64,000 nt of DNA from Eledone cirrhosa (taxonomy: Eukaryota). The notes under the pieces were generated by a model, which saw nothing but the letters and a program-made list of their open reading frames with translations, was not told where the DNA came from and searched no databases. The DNA lies in assembly GCA_964016885.1 (NCBI GenBank), contig OZ024743.1:18848001-18912000 (forward strand). Direction: 5' to 3'. Position 1 is the stretch's first letter; each line of letters starts with the position of its first letter. Both the position numbers and the translations under genes were made by a program. Positions 40,813 through 55,525 of this stretch are shown here, piece after piece.

Positions 40813-43111
40813 CATGTTTGTGTGGCGTGTGTGGGTGTGTGTGTATGCGTGTGGGTGCGTGCGTGTCTGTGTTTGTGTGTGTGTGTATCTAAATCCAAGG
40901 CAATATTCATTTGGTATTGGTTTATTAACATCCGTAATGTACATTTCGCTGAGGACTATCGGTTATGACAGCCTGAGCTTCTTAAACGGTTAACAACAGT
41001 GAAATATTATTTTTAAAAAACCCTTATTCATACAGGAGTTGATACAGTGGGGTGCCGGACGTATGATGTTATTTCCTCTACGGTCAGCCCCTGTATATGT
41101 GATGTCCTGGTTTACACTTTTAATAGGTCGTTGAGCGCTTTGCTTCATCTACTTCATAACCAACAGACCATTAAATGTTCCGCACGTCCTTGTTCGGTCA
41201 ACCCCTCACTATATATCTATATATATAAAGTGAAGTTGGGCGTTGTTTGTTTGGTATTCCGAACTTGCAGGCTACACCGTTCATCCGATTTTCATGAAAC
41301 ATCACACATATATAAAGTTTGACCAGAAGCCAAAAATCGATATTTTCAAATATCGTCCGATTTCGATGAGACTCGACGCAAGTGTGTATTGCGATCCGGG
41401 TATGAACGTGAGCTACATTAAATATTCGTAGAATCGATAATTGGATCATTACAGGCAAAATTCGATATTTACGAAATTTGTCCTATTCCAATGAAATTTG
41501 ACGTAGGTATGTATTTTGATGCAGGGATCAAATTTTCAAAAAATCGATAATCGGACACCTAGAGGCAAAAATCGATATTTTCAGAATTCGTTCGATTTCA
41601 TTGAAATTTGATATTACCATAATAATAGATCCATTAGGAGTTACTCCAATGCTGCAAAATTTCAGAAAGTTTTTTTAAACTCATAAATCATGCGTTAAAT
41701 GAGACCTTTAAGAGTTACGGCAGACAATTATTCATAGTTTAATTATCAATGGCGCAATATTGTAGAAATATGCAAATCTACGCCTTTTGTTTATGGGAAA
41801 AGGGAAAGCTTTACAAACAGATATTCAGGGTTCTTTAAGTAGAATTCTTAATTCTTAAATAATTGTACAATTAAATTAAATATATGACAGAATGTTTTTC
41901 ATATTTTCTTCACTTTTAGTTTACACCTGGCGCAATCAAAATCAATTTCATATGCCCATATAAGCACGCACACACTGTGACTCACGCGCGTTATTGATTG
42001 GACGGTCTGTCTATACCACGAGCAGTATGTTTTCTCAACGATAGATACACAAACAGGTATGCACACACGTGCGAACCGCCTTATTTTCTCTTTGTGCGTA
42101 TCCGCTTTTTGTGAACAACAATAAATCCGGCCGACTCACTAAACGGACCTTTACAGAATTTGCTCACTTATCGGTGAGTTAGTGTTTATTCATTTAGACT
42201 ACGTGCATGCCATTTCAGTTAAATTTAATTCATTTTTCGCCTTTCTTAAATTTAAAAGTCCCCATTCGGACTTGGGGATTGTCGACATCTTTGCGTTAAA
42301 CTTTTCATATCCCCCCTTATTCAAGTGCAAATACAGTATTATCCCTATCTGAAAGGAAACCAAATTTAATGGTGTCTTTTGTGATGCCAAAAGCAAAAAG
42401 CGGTGAGTACATTTTCGAACAGTCTTAAATAATCATGCTTTTTGAAAAAGATTTACTAAATAATACTTTGACCAACTTGTATTGGACACATACAAAGTTG
42501 TAAAAAACGGTACGTCCGTACCATTTTTTTCCGTTTTTAAACAAAAGGTTCTAAAAAATTACTTAATTCATGACACTACTGTCACAGCCTTTTGCACAGG
42601 AAGTGAGTAAGTTTTCGGGTTTTTAAACGTAGGTTCACCAGGGTTTGTGTCTTTTCCATTATTAGCCCACCTCTATTAGCATTTTTTTGTTTGTTTATGA
42701 CTAAATGTTATGAGCGTATTTGCAAATTGTTATTGTTCTTTAATTTTTTAATTAGTTGTCATAGACCATCTGCATGCAGTGCAATTGATTGCGCACACGT
42801 ACACACCAGCATGCAGATAAACACTGACAGATAATAAAATATCGATAATTTTCTTATTAAGACATCGGTCAAAAAGAGAGATTGAATGTACTTTAGAACA
42901 TTTTTTGATTTTATTGTTCTTTTTGGCATGATATGTCAAGAATATAGCTACTATTCACTTTGGTTATGTTTTGTAACTAAGAAACGGTTCCTTTTGGGTG
43001 GATACTTAACAAGAAAGATCCCAGGGTTTTGTACAAGTTTGTTTCAGGCACTGTATAGACGCCAATTTTGTCACACCTTGGTCATGAATTCGTATTCTTT
43101 TCCAATAGATA

Positions 43112-43367
43112 CCGTATTTTACGCTCTATAAGGCTCACCGGGATAAAAAGCGTATCATTTAAAATCAGGTCGGCGCAACGGCGTGTAAGACGAACCAGAA
43201 AAATGCTATCTTCTTTACTTTTAGTCTAGATCTATTACTTCTGTTAGAGCCGTGATTAATTACCGTTGTATTATTTATACATAAGGCTCACCGGAGTATA
43301 AAGCGCAGAGTTGTTTTTTTATGACATTTAGGTATTTTAAGTGCATTTTATAGGTCGCAATATTCGC
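43112..43367. mobile_element. Tc2/pogo-type MITE, decayed
   Basis: TA|CCGTATTTTACGCTCTATAAGGCTCACCG, internal repeat ATAAGGCTCACCGGAGTATAAAGCGCA, degenerate right TIR. Confidence 0.45.
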
Positions 43368-43488
43368 AGTTATTATAAGCATATTTCCAAACCTTCCCAT
43401 TCACAGTAACCATGTTAGCGAATCTGGTGCCACCTCTCTCTGTACTTAATCATCCCTCTCTAACCTAACAGCTTCGTTACACGTCGTT

Positions 43489-44260
43489 ATGCCCACACGG
43501 AAACGTTCAAGACTTACCTCCAAAAAAGATACAGCTACTGCTTTGAGACGACGAATTAGGCGTTCTCAGGTATGCGTTCATTTATAATTGGTTAATCTTT
43601 TATGCAATATTCTCCCTTAATGTTAGCAAGCACTGCGTTTATCCTAACTGTCACCACCTTTAAGCAACTACAACATTCTAATCGCAGTTATTTTGAATTT
43701 ATTGTCTTACCTTGATTCTCCTTTGTTCATATTACACGTTTCTCATTTACTATTGGCACAGTGACTTTGGCTTAGCTAACCAGTAGCATTAATTAACTTT
43801 CTCTAGGAAACACCTGCTGAATCTCGACTGGCTGATAGACGCTTTCCCGGCTGGTTGAGTCACCAACATCCCGTACGACAAGGCTTGGTGATGTTCACCT
43901 TCCTCGTCAACAAGCGCTTGCGGAGGAGTCACCAACATCCCGTACGACGAGGCTTGTTGGTGTTCGCCTTCATCGCCAATAAACTTTGACGGAGGAGTCA
44001 CCAACATCCCGTACAACGCGTCTTGCTGGCGTTCGCCTTCGTCATCAACAAGCGCTTGCAGAGGAGTCACCAACATCCCGTACGATGCGGCTTGCTGTCG
44101 TTCGCCTTCGTCACCAACAAGTGCTTGCAGAGGAGTCACCAAGATCCCGTCAGACGAGGCTTTCTGGGGTTAACCTTCGTCGTCAACAAGCGCTTGCAGG
44201 GTAGTCCACGGCAGACAGAGATATCAGGCTTGCTGCTAAGCGTTCCCGGCATACATTAGC
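43489..44260 (+). pseudogene. Spliced Helitron RepHel-like N-terminus
   Basis: ATG at 43489, MPTRKRSRLTSKKDTATALRRRIRRSQ, GT(43570)..CTCTAG(43806), then ETPAESRL and EESPTSRTTRL repeats; frameshifted. Confidence 0.55.
43857..44200 (+). repeat. 69-bp (23-codon) tandem repeat, 5 units
   Basis: GAGTCACCAA at 43857, 43926, 43995, 44064 and 44133. Confidence 0.95.
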
Positions 44261-44328
44261 TACTGTTGCCAAGAGCTCAGGCTGCGTAAAAGCCTCTGAG
44301 GATTATGGACTTCTGCCTACAGTTTCCA

Positions 44329-44508
44329 TTGGCAAAATGAGGGTCGGACGCAATGCTTTGACGCATAGAGTTACGGCCCTTGCCATTCTGAGTTCAAATC
44401 CCACCGAGGTTAACTTTGCCTTTCATCCTTATGGGGTCGATAAAATAATGTACCAGTAATGTACTGGATAATTGCTGGCCTTGTGCCAAAAGTAGAAACA
44501 ATTATTAA
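44329..44508 (+). mobile_element. tRNA-derived SINE
   Basis: Same family as 1-156; B-box GAGTTCAAATCCC. Confidence 0.85.
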
Positions 44509-44591
44509 TATTCAAAAAACTCAGATTACATTTATTTATATATATATATATATGAAATATAAGAATCAAAGAACTGTTCAAAACATTATTG

Positions 44592-44638
44592 TGCTTACAG
44601 CTGTTTCCTCCAAACCGAGGTTTGGATTCTTCGGAGCA
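44592..44638 (-). ncRNA. Type-I hammerhead with U4C core (plus copy 47143-47181 has an 8-nt stem II deletion)
   Basis: Minus strand tgct CCGAAGA atccaaacc-tc-ggtttggag GAAAC agct GTA agca. Confidence 0.7.
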
Positions 44639-44928
44639 ATTTATTAATGCATGGACAGTTATATGACCTCCTTTTCAGCCGAGAGACATACCGATACATA
44701 TTCAAACATTGATACATATTCAAACATTGTGGGTCAACCTTCATTACAGAGTTTAGAGTGGCAGTACACACTTCGAGATTACATTTATATTAAGAGGTAC
44801 AATTAAAAATCAAAAATACTATTAAAATGTGTCACAATATAGACCCTAATTTCTATGGTGATGCGCATCCTCCAAGAGAATTTTTAAAGCATAAAGTGTA
44901 TTAACTATAGAGTAGTTTAATTAAGTTA

Positions 44929-45672
44929 GGACACAAGTACCACAAACTTTTAATCAAAAACACCATTAAAATCTCATACTCTACGACGCCTAACTTAGCA
45001 TACCACATAGCTAGCAGCAATAATAGTAAAATTAGTTCTTACTTCCAACAAACAAAATCACAACGGGATGCAAACCCTCTAAATACCACTGTAGCAAGCA
45101 ACCATAGCAACGGCAGTAACAATAGAAATAACACTAGTATAAGTAATAACACCAGGGTTGTCAACCCGAACGCCCAAAATCCTATAGCTACCACACAGAC
45201 TTCCGCACTGCATTATAACCAGCGGACTAACGCACAGGATAATTGTAACTGTAGAGCTAATAGAACCTGTCCTTTAGATAAAAAATGCCTAACCAAGGAT
45301 ATCATATACTCATGCACCGTCACGACTAACAACTCTTCAGAAACCTATGTAGGCTCCACTTCTAACTGCTTCAAAATCAGATATAATTCGCACATCCACT
45401 CTTTCAAAAAGCACAGCCTAGCAAACTCCACCTCACTTTCTAGCTACATACACTATCTAAAAACTAAAAATAAACCATACACACTCAAATGGGAAGTGAT
45501 AGGCAGCGCAACCTCGTACAAACCACCTAATAAATTTTGTAACCTCTGTATACTAGAGACACACAATATTATCTTCTCCAACCGTAACCTACTTGAAAAA
45601 AAAACTGAGGTGTTTGCAACTTGCCAGCACCGCTTCAGACATTCCTTCCAAAACTTTAAGCCCAATATATAG
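44929..45672 (+). pseudogene. Penelope-like linker plus GIY-YIG endonuclease, 5'-truncated open frame without ATG (absent from the ORF track)
   Basis: GHKYHKLLIKNTIKISYSTTPNL..CNCRANRTCPLDKKCLTKDIIYSC..TYVGSTSNCFKIRYNSH..CNLCILE..CQHR..KPNI*. Confidence 0.9.
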
Positions 45673-47411
45673 CAATGTCGGACTGGAACCTAACACCACA
45701 TCTAGCATCAAACACCAGAGACACACCTTATACTACATACCCAACACTAACTGATCTATTATAACACAGACAACGACATCCCTCTGGAACCCTTCGCAGG
45801 GAGAATACCCATTTATAGCTCTACGTCAGGTGTGACAACATCCACCCACTTGAACGGCACTACACCGCTCTAATGGTAATTTGAGCATGAATTGATCGGT
45901 TGGATAGTGTTGTGCAGAGGAAACACCTTCCTTAGACAGATGAAAAATGATTTAATCCAGTAACGCTGTTGAGCAGTAGGACCAGGCTGCTGAGCGCAGT
46001 GAGTGTATGCATTGCAACTACCGTGCGGGTTGTACATATATGGATGATCTGACGGTCAGAGAGGGGTCGCGAGGACTGCGGATTGACCTCTGGCCGGCCT
46101 GGGGATGATTATCTTTCGACATCCAAATGTAGCAAGCGATGACCCAGAACTTACCAGAGATCATTGGGTCCTTAAGCAATCCTGCAATCACCGCGCCTGG
46201 TCCTATGAGTAGACCACAACCACAGAGATCATTAATTTAGAATCATCGCTTCATCTATAATTTCCATTTGTGGCACCTTACGATGGGTTAATCCACCATA
46301 ATAATATGATCACCTTCAGTATAACTTAATTAAACTACTCTATAGTTAATACACTTTATGCTTTAAAAATTCTCTTGGAGGATGCGCATCACCATAGAAA
46401 TTAGGGTCTATATTGTGACACATTTTAATAGCTAGGTATAGAAACCCCAGAGTTACCCCCCCCCCCCCGCATGCATTAACTCCCCTTATCCACACACACA
46501 CTTCCGGGTGGTATTCAATGGCGTTTCTCGAAACGTAACAGCCCCCTGTATTAAACTAAAGAACACGAGACTACGATCTCTAACTGGATTGTCAAACGCT
46601 CAATATCGGATTGTCGTGGATTATGTGAAGGGCATATAATCAAAAATTACACTCCCCTGACCATGAAAGTGCCGAAGTACATGAAATACTTGACATGCCT
46701 TCGCTGTGCATCTCCAATACTTTTAACACTTTTAATGCTTGCACTATTCTTAATGCTTATAACATTTCTCCACACACAGACTATATCAATCATATAAAGA
46801 ATTTGCCACCAGATCTACCAACTTAACACTCTTGTTTACCTACCTAAGTGCCTCTACCACACATATCTCTCTGCCACACTATATAAACAAGACGCACATG
46901 CGTGCCACACATATAACATTTGCACTATATAACCGCTTATCTTCATGTTGTATTTTAACCTGTATTTTTGATTTTTGATTGTACCTCTTAATATAAATGT
47001 AATCTCGAAGTGTGTACTGCCACTCTAAACTCTGTAATGAAGGTTGACCCACAATGTTTGAATATGTATCAATGTTTGAATATGTATCGGTATGTCTCTC
47101 GGCTGAAAAGGAGGTCATATAACTGTCCATGCATTAATAAATTGCTCCGAAGAATCGGTTTGGAGGAAACAGCTGTAAGCACAATAATGTTTTGAACAGT
47201 TCTTTGATTCTTATATTTCATATAACTGCTCTGTAAATCATCTGATGTTTTTACATTGAGCTACTTAACTTACTGGTAATAAGGTAGTAATACATTACTG
47301 CCTACCACCATTTAGGGTGTGTGTAAAATACTTATAACTGCATAAGGTTTTGTATTTACATAACCATAAATAGTATAAATAATACTATATATATATATAT
47401 ATATATATATA

Positions 47412-47657
47412 TGCAATACATTACTAAATGGAAACTATATTTATAAAACCATATTTATTTTATTATATATATTTAAAGGGCAACCAAGGCAAATTATGGT
47501 GCGCTTTCATCACATAAAATACAGATTTGTTTTATAAATAAATATTGACATACCCGGAAAAAAGACAACCTTAACCGTTGAAGCTTCCTTGAAATATATA
47601 TAATAAAATAAATATGGTTTTATAAATATAGTTTCCATGTATTAATATATTGTGTAT
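47412..47657. mobile_element. Fold-back insert with decayed HHR (47458-47519, minus strand)
   Basis: About 70-bp inverted arms; minus strand ttttat GTGATGA aagcgca..tgccctt TAAAT atat ATA ataaaa; the other arm keeps GAAAT atat ATA. Confidence 0.55.
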
Positions 47658-47939
47658 TTACTCCACTAAACTGTTGAGTGCTTTATATTAGTTATAAAAA
47701 TGTTTAAGCTTGTTGAATCCCAACAATTTAAATATAACCTCTGCATATATATATATATGCGCGTGTGGGGGGGGGGGGGTATATGTGTGTGTGTGTGTAT
47801 TTATGCATTTAGTTTTGCAATATTCTGTATGTGAAAGTGTGTTGAAAGCGTTATTACTATATTTGGTGATGGTCTCGATGCCTATATTGCCAAAGCGTCA
47901 TGTCCATTGGTAATGTGGGGCACGAATAACGAATTGAGG

Positions 47940-48200
47940 ACAGCGAGTTTGGCTTTTACGCCTTACTCTCTCTGTAATGCTGACTGCTGAAACTGCCGCA
48001 TTGCAGCACCAACTCCTGCAATTCTTGCACTCAATTCAGCTTCCTGTCTTCAATCAGTCGTGAACACGGTCCCGGGTAACATGAACTTCTCTAGTTGCTT
48101 CAGTGGAACACCATTTACATATATAGTGCACTGCGCAGGCTTCCTTGAGAGGATGATTGTCTCAGCTCTTACTGCACTGATATTCCTTCCAGTCATGGAG
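47940..48200 (-). pseudogene. RTE-type LINE RT C-terminal relic
   Basis: IYVNGVPLKQLEKFMLPGTVFTTD resembles I.VNG..LKQVEKFKYLGSVFT.D. Confidence 0.55.
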
Positions 48201-48972
48201 CACTTTACATAAAACCTACGGAGATAAAGGTTTGCATATTCCAAGACCACAAAGAGTGTCCACTTTAACAGTTGGAACATCATAACTCTTCCAGTTAAGG
48301 AACATGAACAAGTGGAGGAGGATAGATGCTACCGGCTAAATATATTTGGGTTTTTTTCTACAATATTCCCTGGCTCTGATACTGTACATTTGTATGGATA
48401 ATAGAAACTACACTATTCATGTGTGGCCCCATAAATGAAGGCAAAGGTGGGAGTGGATGTATATATATATATATATATATATAAACATACACACGCACGC
48501 ATGTATATATATATATGATATGGGTTTAGATTGATACCTAGGAATGTCGATCTCATGTGCTCAACATATTCATATGGAGTTCACCTATTTGGTACTACAA
48601 CATTCCCAGTCAGATGCCTAAGCTATTAACACAGTGTAATTAATTAATCAACACGTTATGATCTGAACAGCCAGAATTCTCCTATTTTCGCTGATAGAAA
48701 TCTTCCGAAGTACAACATCAACGTCTAAACTTGTACAGTTTCACGTTCCCTATATAATCTACTAATCATCGATTAATAATAAGTCCATAACCAACACATT
48801 CCGGACAAGAGAATTCTTATCGAGGAGCCATCCTATGAAGAATGTGCGAAATTCGATCTTACTGCTAAATTGTGAAGTAGGAACCGGTACCCCACGTGTA
48901 GATTTAACTGCAATACGGTCAGCAATGTACTGCAGCAATGGGATCGGGTTCGGCGATAATGCTTAATATTGC

Positions 48973-49026
<54 letters not shown>

Positions 49027-51043
49027 TCATTCCTAACCGAGTAAGAATATATCAACAGAATGAGAAGAGACAGTGGTACAAGAATAGTCTGTCACGTGTC
49101 GTTACATTTATTTCCAGTGTTTGGAAAGGCTGCGGCTTGTAAAGTACTTCAAATTACCTTCTCTACATTATATAAAATGTTTGTTTACATTCAAGCAGAT
49201 CGGCTTAGTTATCCTATTCAGACAAATGTGTAGCTATAGACCCTTCACGTCAACGGGGTTCTATGTTTCATAGAGGCTGTTGTTATATCTCTTCCTCACT
49301 AACTGTATTTTACCTGATTAAATTATTATCTATCGTAATCGTGTAATGTTACAGATATTTTCTGCGTTTCAGATTGATACACTTTCGAAAGAATTAAAAT
49401 TATAAAATGCTTCCATAGAATGATATTTTTGTATCTGTGCATTTATTGTGTAGCCAGATATGCTCTTGCACATAATTATTTTAAATACATTATTTATCCA
49501 AGTGAAATATGGGCTTGATTTCATGAGTTGATATTTCACACATTAGGAAATTAATATTGTTGTCCGTTACTTTTGTCGAAAATGAAATATGTTATGTATC
49601 ATTTTAATTCTGCATTGAGTTACTTCAGACATACGAAATATGTTTTAAAATTATGTGCGTGTCCACATTCTTAAAACGCAGATTAAAATGTTTTAAGATA
49701 GTGATAATTGGTAAGAGTTACTCATTTGTAATATTAATTCAATATACCAATGGTACAATGATCTGCTCAAGTGAATAATTAGTTATTGCTGCATACATAC
49801 GTACCAGATTTAATGACACGTTTGCATCTTTGATTAGAAAATATTTATCAGTCCATCATGTCGATAACAATGACAATGTCATAAGGGCAACACCTAGAGT
49901 CAGATCTGAAACGGATTATTGTTTTGTCTTGTTTCGTATAAGGTACAATTAAAACCCATTTATCTTAGTACTAGTGATCAATTATCATTCTACAGTTTCT
50001 ACCAGAAGAAAGTGTTTCCCTTTAATATATAATCTTATTTGGTGGATACAGTTTTTAATAAAACGAAAGAAACATTTTCCTTCAATGATTTCTATCTCGC
50101 AGATATATTTGACATATATGTCTTTCATTCTACATATTGATGGCAGATTGCGTTAGGACTAAATTATAGCTTATGTTGTATTGAGACATTGATTAATAGC
50201 ATTACTTCATGGAGAGGAAATAATACGTATTGTAGCTCGGGAAATCAATATGTATAGTGGAAAGCGGTAATGGTAAGGAGCTATATTCAAAATAGAAGCC
50301 AATGAAATAGTAAATTATCGATGGTCTCCATCTCGCGTTCAATCGATGAACAACATTAGAATGAGGTCGCATGACAACTCTCCACTTTTTGTCCAAAGTT
50401 TAGGTTAATAAGCACCCTTTGGCGTATCATCGAATCCCTCGAGCCGGGATACAAGGAAATTAGTAAAATGAAGGAAAGGGTCATTCGGGCTTGATATACT
50501 GCACAGTTAATTTATAAATATCAACAGCAGTCTATTATGTAATGATTCATTACATTATTAATTTAAGGAAATATAATTATATTATAATCACATAGTTTGT
50601 TTAATCAACATAGTTATAATATTTCACATTTAAATGAACATCGGATCACATTATGTTTAATTTGTGCAGAACTACTGTATACATTGAAACAATCGTGTGA
50701 TTGCTGTATACCTAACACTGTGCAATACAAATATCGTAAATATATAAAGTTCTACGAATACAGAGTGTATGCTTCTTAGGCAACGAACATATACAAACTG
50801 AACTGCTTTCTCCTTAACTTATATTGTGAATGGCTGATTAAGTAAACGATTAAATAAACGGTGACGTTTCAGTCTGAAATACTGGATATATAGTAGCGTG
50901 ATTAGATTCTATGCCTAAGAAGGTGAAGGGAAAAATCACTCTATATATAGTCTTTACCAAGATGCCAAGATTAGGTGTTGCCAGAGAAAACTTCCGTTCT
51001 CATATATATATATACACACACATACATACACACACACACACAC

Positions 51044-51132
<89 letters not shown>

Positions 51133-53811
51133 TATATATTCATACATACATATATATATATATATGTATGTGTGTGTTAACTTGACGGCATGCGGGTGAG
51201 TGCGTCGGTGTTGCTATTTTGCGTGTGCTTTTAGTTATAGAACTACGTGGCATAATTTGTATGTTCTCAGAAATTCATCTATATTAATCATCAAAATATT
51301 TCGTGTCTAAAAGTCTGTAACACAATTGGGTGGATGATATTTGCAAGATTGTTATCTATATACGGCCTGATTTCTATTTTCCGTGGTGTCCACGTAAACA
51401 TATACTTGCCACAGTATCTATTGTTTGTTACGGAAGAGATTTCACTGATATTGATTATAATATCCATTGGTGTACCTCTCTGTCTATGGCTTCATAATAT
51501 AAGAGTGTTTTAGGCACTTAAAAAATACCTCTTTTTAGGTACATAAAATCTATGAAAACTGGGTAAATAATGGACATAAAAATGCAGACTAATATTTATC
51601 AGGATTTATTTCGATGTTTCACTATTTATGAAGATTGTTCAAACAGTAAATCTTGAAGGGAACCGGGAACATTCGAGATGTCATAAATGCAAGGAAGATA
51701 ATGATTAAAGTAGCTGATACTAGCGAGGAAATTTTAAATTAGCTGAGCTCAAACAGTAACAGGCTCAGAGACAGCCTTACTTCCAAATTAGTTATGGCGG
51801 CTTACTCATATCCCCTTGAATAGGATACTACATGATTATCAAATCTGTGCATTTGTTTTCTCTACAATGGACTCATTTAAATTGCCAAATGCGTGACCTG
51901 TTGGTAAATCAGAAAAATACGTCATTAACAATTTATAGAAAGTGTCATCTTTAAACGTTATATTTTTGAGTTTCTAGAATCAGTATATGGGCTCTGAATA
52001 TCAATATACATCATATTACCTCATAGCCACTGTTACAGTTATTCGTCAGTTGTGATTTCGATGCGGGATCAATCCTTCCCTGGTGTATTGCCCTTCCTTA
52101 TCCACTATTACTATTTCGAAATACTTGTACGTTAGAAAAAACTGCCTTATTTCACTAAAATAATATAATAGTTCATACGACAAAATCAATAGCAATTGAT
52201 ATTCATTAACTTGTATAACGCATTAGAAGTAATGTATAGAAACTTCAATGTTGAATATATTAAAAAGGATGATAAACACAACGCTATAGGTTGTTATAGA
52301 TGTTGCAACTGAAAGAACAATCTAATAGGTTTTGTTTATTTTGTCCGTTGTTGTTTCGCTATATACAATAACATTATGTCCTGTAAATTTCTATTTTGCA
52401 TATTTCTTTTGACGAGTGTTTTGTATAAAGCTACAAATATAATTCAAATCGCCCGTCAGAAAAGCAAAAATAATTGATTTTGCTGTTGTTACAAATCAAA
52501 TTCTAGTGCTAAATTGTGGGCAAGTAACAAGAGTCTTTTGTTAAATTTCAATATTATCGTATTATATTATTAATGTTCTCTGTTTCCGGGAAAATATAAC
52601 AATTACTATCATTACATGCATCATGGTATACATATAATGCATAATATATTGTATATTGATATATTCAACTGTTCAGCACTTTCTAATTATTTGCAATTTC
52701 TCGTAAACAAAGTTAGCTTCTGATAAATGCAAAGTAAGTGATTTGATTGAAATATTGTAAAAAGTGTTAATGCGTTTTAGAAAATATTAAATATTTAAAA
52801 AGAGCATTGTGTTATAACAAACCCGAATAGCTATTTGCAATATGAAGCAAAAACGCATAAATATTCTGTTTTTTTTCAATAAATGTTTTTTTTTTCAATT
52901 TATGTTTATCATGCATGTGCTTTTATCCAACGTGAAATTTTCGAAAACGAGAGCAATTCTGTATGTGCCTTCAAACAATGACCGCTTGACCATTAATATA
53001 TTTTCAGTTTGCGTGTGCATACGTATATATGTGTATGTGAGATAATTCTGTATGTCTATCTTTTCACACACAATGATTATTATTATTATTCTAATTATTA
53101 TTATTCTAACGGCCATCTCTTATCGAATGACTGTTAAATATTTCCCTTGGGATGTACTGCCACAATGTGTATGAATTCAATTCGTAGAATTCATCAATAG
53201 TGTATAAAAATAAAAAATGAATTATTTCAATTATGTCTCCTTTCTGAGATCACTTTTAATTCTGGAGTTATTCCATTTGATTTACACACCCAAGCACACT
53301 CAAATACACTCATGTACGTATACACAAACACATGTTGGAATAAGATTGCAAACACAGCTATATATATACGTGTGTCTGGTTACATGTATGTGTGTGTCAA
53401 TGTGTTTGTGGATATATGTGCATGTTTTTTTGTATGCTTGTATGGGCGTGTATGATCATATGGTGTCTCATTCAGGCAATAACTCCAGCCTTGTCTAACA
53501 CAATTCACACACCACTCATATATGTTTAAGTATATATGGAAAATGACAATATATCAGATAACCCTGGTTTAAGGAGCACTTAATTCTCTCAGAGCATATG
53601 TAAAATACATGTAGGAATATCTGCATATATGAGCCAACAAGCGGTAAGTAGACGTGGTGGTTAAAGCCGTTTGCAGTAAAATTGTAATCTCGCTCTATTC
53701 ATGATTAATTCTCGTACGTGCAAATGCAGGAAGGAACGAAAGGGTTGAATCCGCAATCTTTGTTCTCCTGATATTAATACACCAGAAACACCCCTCTCTC
53801 TCTCTCTCCCC

Positions 53812-53849
<38 letters not shown>

Positions 53850-53870
53850 GTATATGTATATGTGTGTGTG

Positions 53871-53923
<53 letters not shown>

Positions 53924-54578
53924 TTGCACTGGTCAAAGAAATATTCTAAACATGGTAATTAAAAGAGATAAAGAAAAACACAGAAAAATTGATATATGAC
54001 CTGATGCATTTTTTTCTATTTGTTTCTATGTAAGGAGAAGCCAACAAGGAGGCATGGATCTACATTGTAGAAATAGATAAATAGTAAACGATTGCACTTC
54101 ATACCATGTACCATATGGATTCTGCATTCTTTTGCGCTTTGCGACAACTTGTACAAATATTTTCTACTATATTCTAGTGGACACTTCTACTGTCCTTGGA
54201 CCTATGGCTACCTCCCTACTCAACACAATAGGCGCTGAGCTGGCTAACCACATGTTATGGAATGGATGTTCCAGCGCACGCATCTCCCTCATAATCATCC
54301 GGGGAAACGCTTTCTCTATTCTGTCCACCATATCCGTGGGGTGCCCAGTGCTTGGGTCCCCGTTTGCTCATAGTATTGAGAGATGGAGATGGCGAGAGAC
54401 ACGAAAGCGAGGAAAGTGTGAGTTCGTCTCCTCAATGTTCGGACCTGGTGTACATGTGTGTGCATGTTTACTGATGATGGTTGCTTCTTATGTCTGTTGT
54501 TGTTACAAACCTTTGAACATAAAGATTGACAATGTTTTGAAAGTGGAACTTTTTTCAGACAGAAATTGCAGAACGTCT

Positions 54579-54614
<36 letters not shown>

Positions 54615-55506
54615 TGTGCGTGTGTGTGGGGGGGATGTGTGTGCGTGTGTGTGCGTGTGTGCGTGCGTGCGTGTGTGTGTGGGTGTGTATGTGTGTGTGT
54701 GTGTGTGCGTGTGTGTGTTTGCGTGTGTGCCTGTCTCTGCATTTTCCATGTATTGTATCCCTTTTGAGTGTCGATAACCGTTATTTTATATATATAGACA
54801 TATATAAGCAGATCAGATTAGTCGATAATACAACCAAGGTGGAGTGATATATTCAAGGCTTATTGTGATAGGCAAAAGGCAGTTCAGATTTTAATCGAAC
54901 TCATAAATTTCCAGTTACACAAGCCTTACAACATGGCAAGGCCAATGTAAAATGAATGAATAAATAACCAAGGTTCAACACATTACTTAATCGATTCAAA
55001 CACGTTTCTTACAAATACAGGAGAAAGTAGGATTTTATTACTTATTCGACCAGCCTTCAAATATCTCCAAACTCGAAATAATTTAAAACCTAAATAACTT
55101 TATATCTAGTCGGGAAAACGTTAACAATTATCGAAGACTTTAACGCACAAATTATAATTTGTTAGTAATACACGTACTATGTAGTGGGCTATCTCGACTC
55201 TGAAAACGTATATTTACTCAAATAAACATTACGGAATGAAATTAGAGCGTACAAATTTGATAACAGTTATTACTTAATTTAACAACCAATTGAAATACTA
55301 ATTATGTTAACAGAAAATAGATGCTAAAATTTGTAATTATGTAAAAATTAGTAGGGTGATTTTTGATTATCAAGGACTATTGCCATAATAGTTACTAATA
55401 TTTTTAACACTGTGTACGCAATATATATATATATCGTGTCAGACAAACCGTTGATTACAGATTCGGGCGAAATCGATAGAGATCGAACCTTCAGCTGATC
55501 GGTGGC

Positions 55507-55525
55507 GAAACGCGCGTCACCAATC
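55507..55525 (+). ncRNA. 3' half of an HHR (5' core lost at the (TA)n junction)
   Basis: GAAAC gcgc GTC accaat in a short insert between TA tracts; no CTGANGA upstream. Confidence 0.35.

Larger units (their letters stand above)
41216..44300 (+). mobile_element. Helitron 5' portion (3' end absent)
   Basis: A|TCTATATATATAAAGTGAAG..TGTTTGTTTG..CATCCGATTTTCATGAAA start, ~115-bp subrepeats at 41330-41610, and a RepHel-like N-terminal remnant downstream. Continuity between these parts is inferred. Confidence 0.55.
44548..47224. mobile_element. Composite PLE insertion bounded by ~270-bp inverted repeats (44548-44820 and 46960-47224), with a second inversion (44819-44928 and 46322-46431)
   Basis: Reverse-complement matches are visible; contains a GIY-YIG frame and an HHR in each outer arm. 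Confidence 0.8.

Noticed and set aside
43789-44259. 69-bp array as CRISPR, or the minus-strand ORF as a gene
   Set aside because: Whole units are homologous with no unique spacers and the context is eukaryotic; the plus frame fits Helitron repeats better.
46045-46105. HDV-like ribozyme (minus strand GGCCGGC...TCCTCGC)
   Set aside because: P3, the P1 3' strand and P1.1 cannot be paired in the required order.
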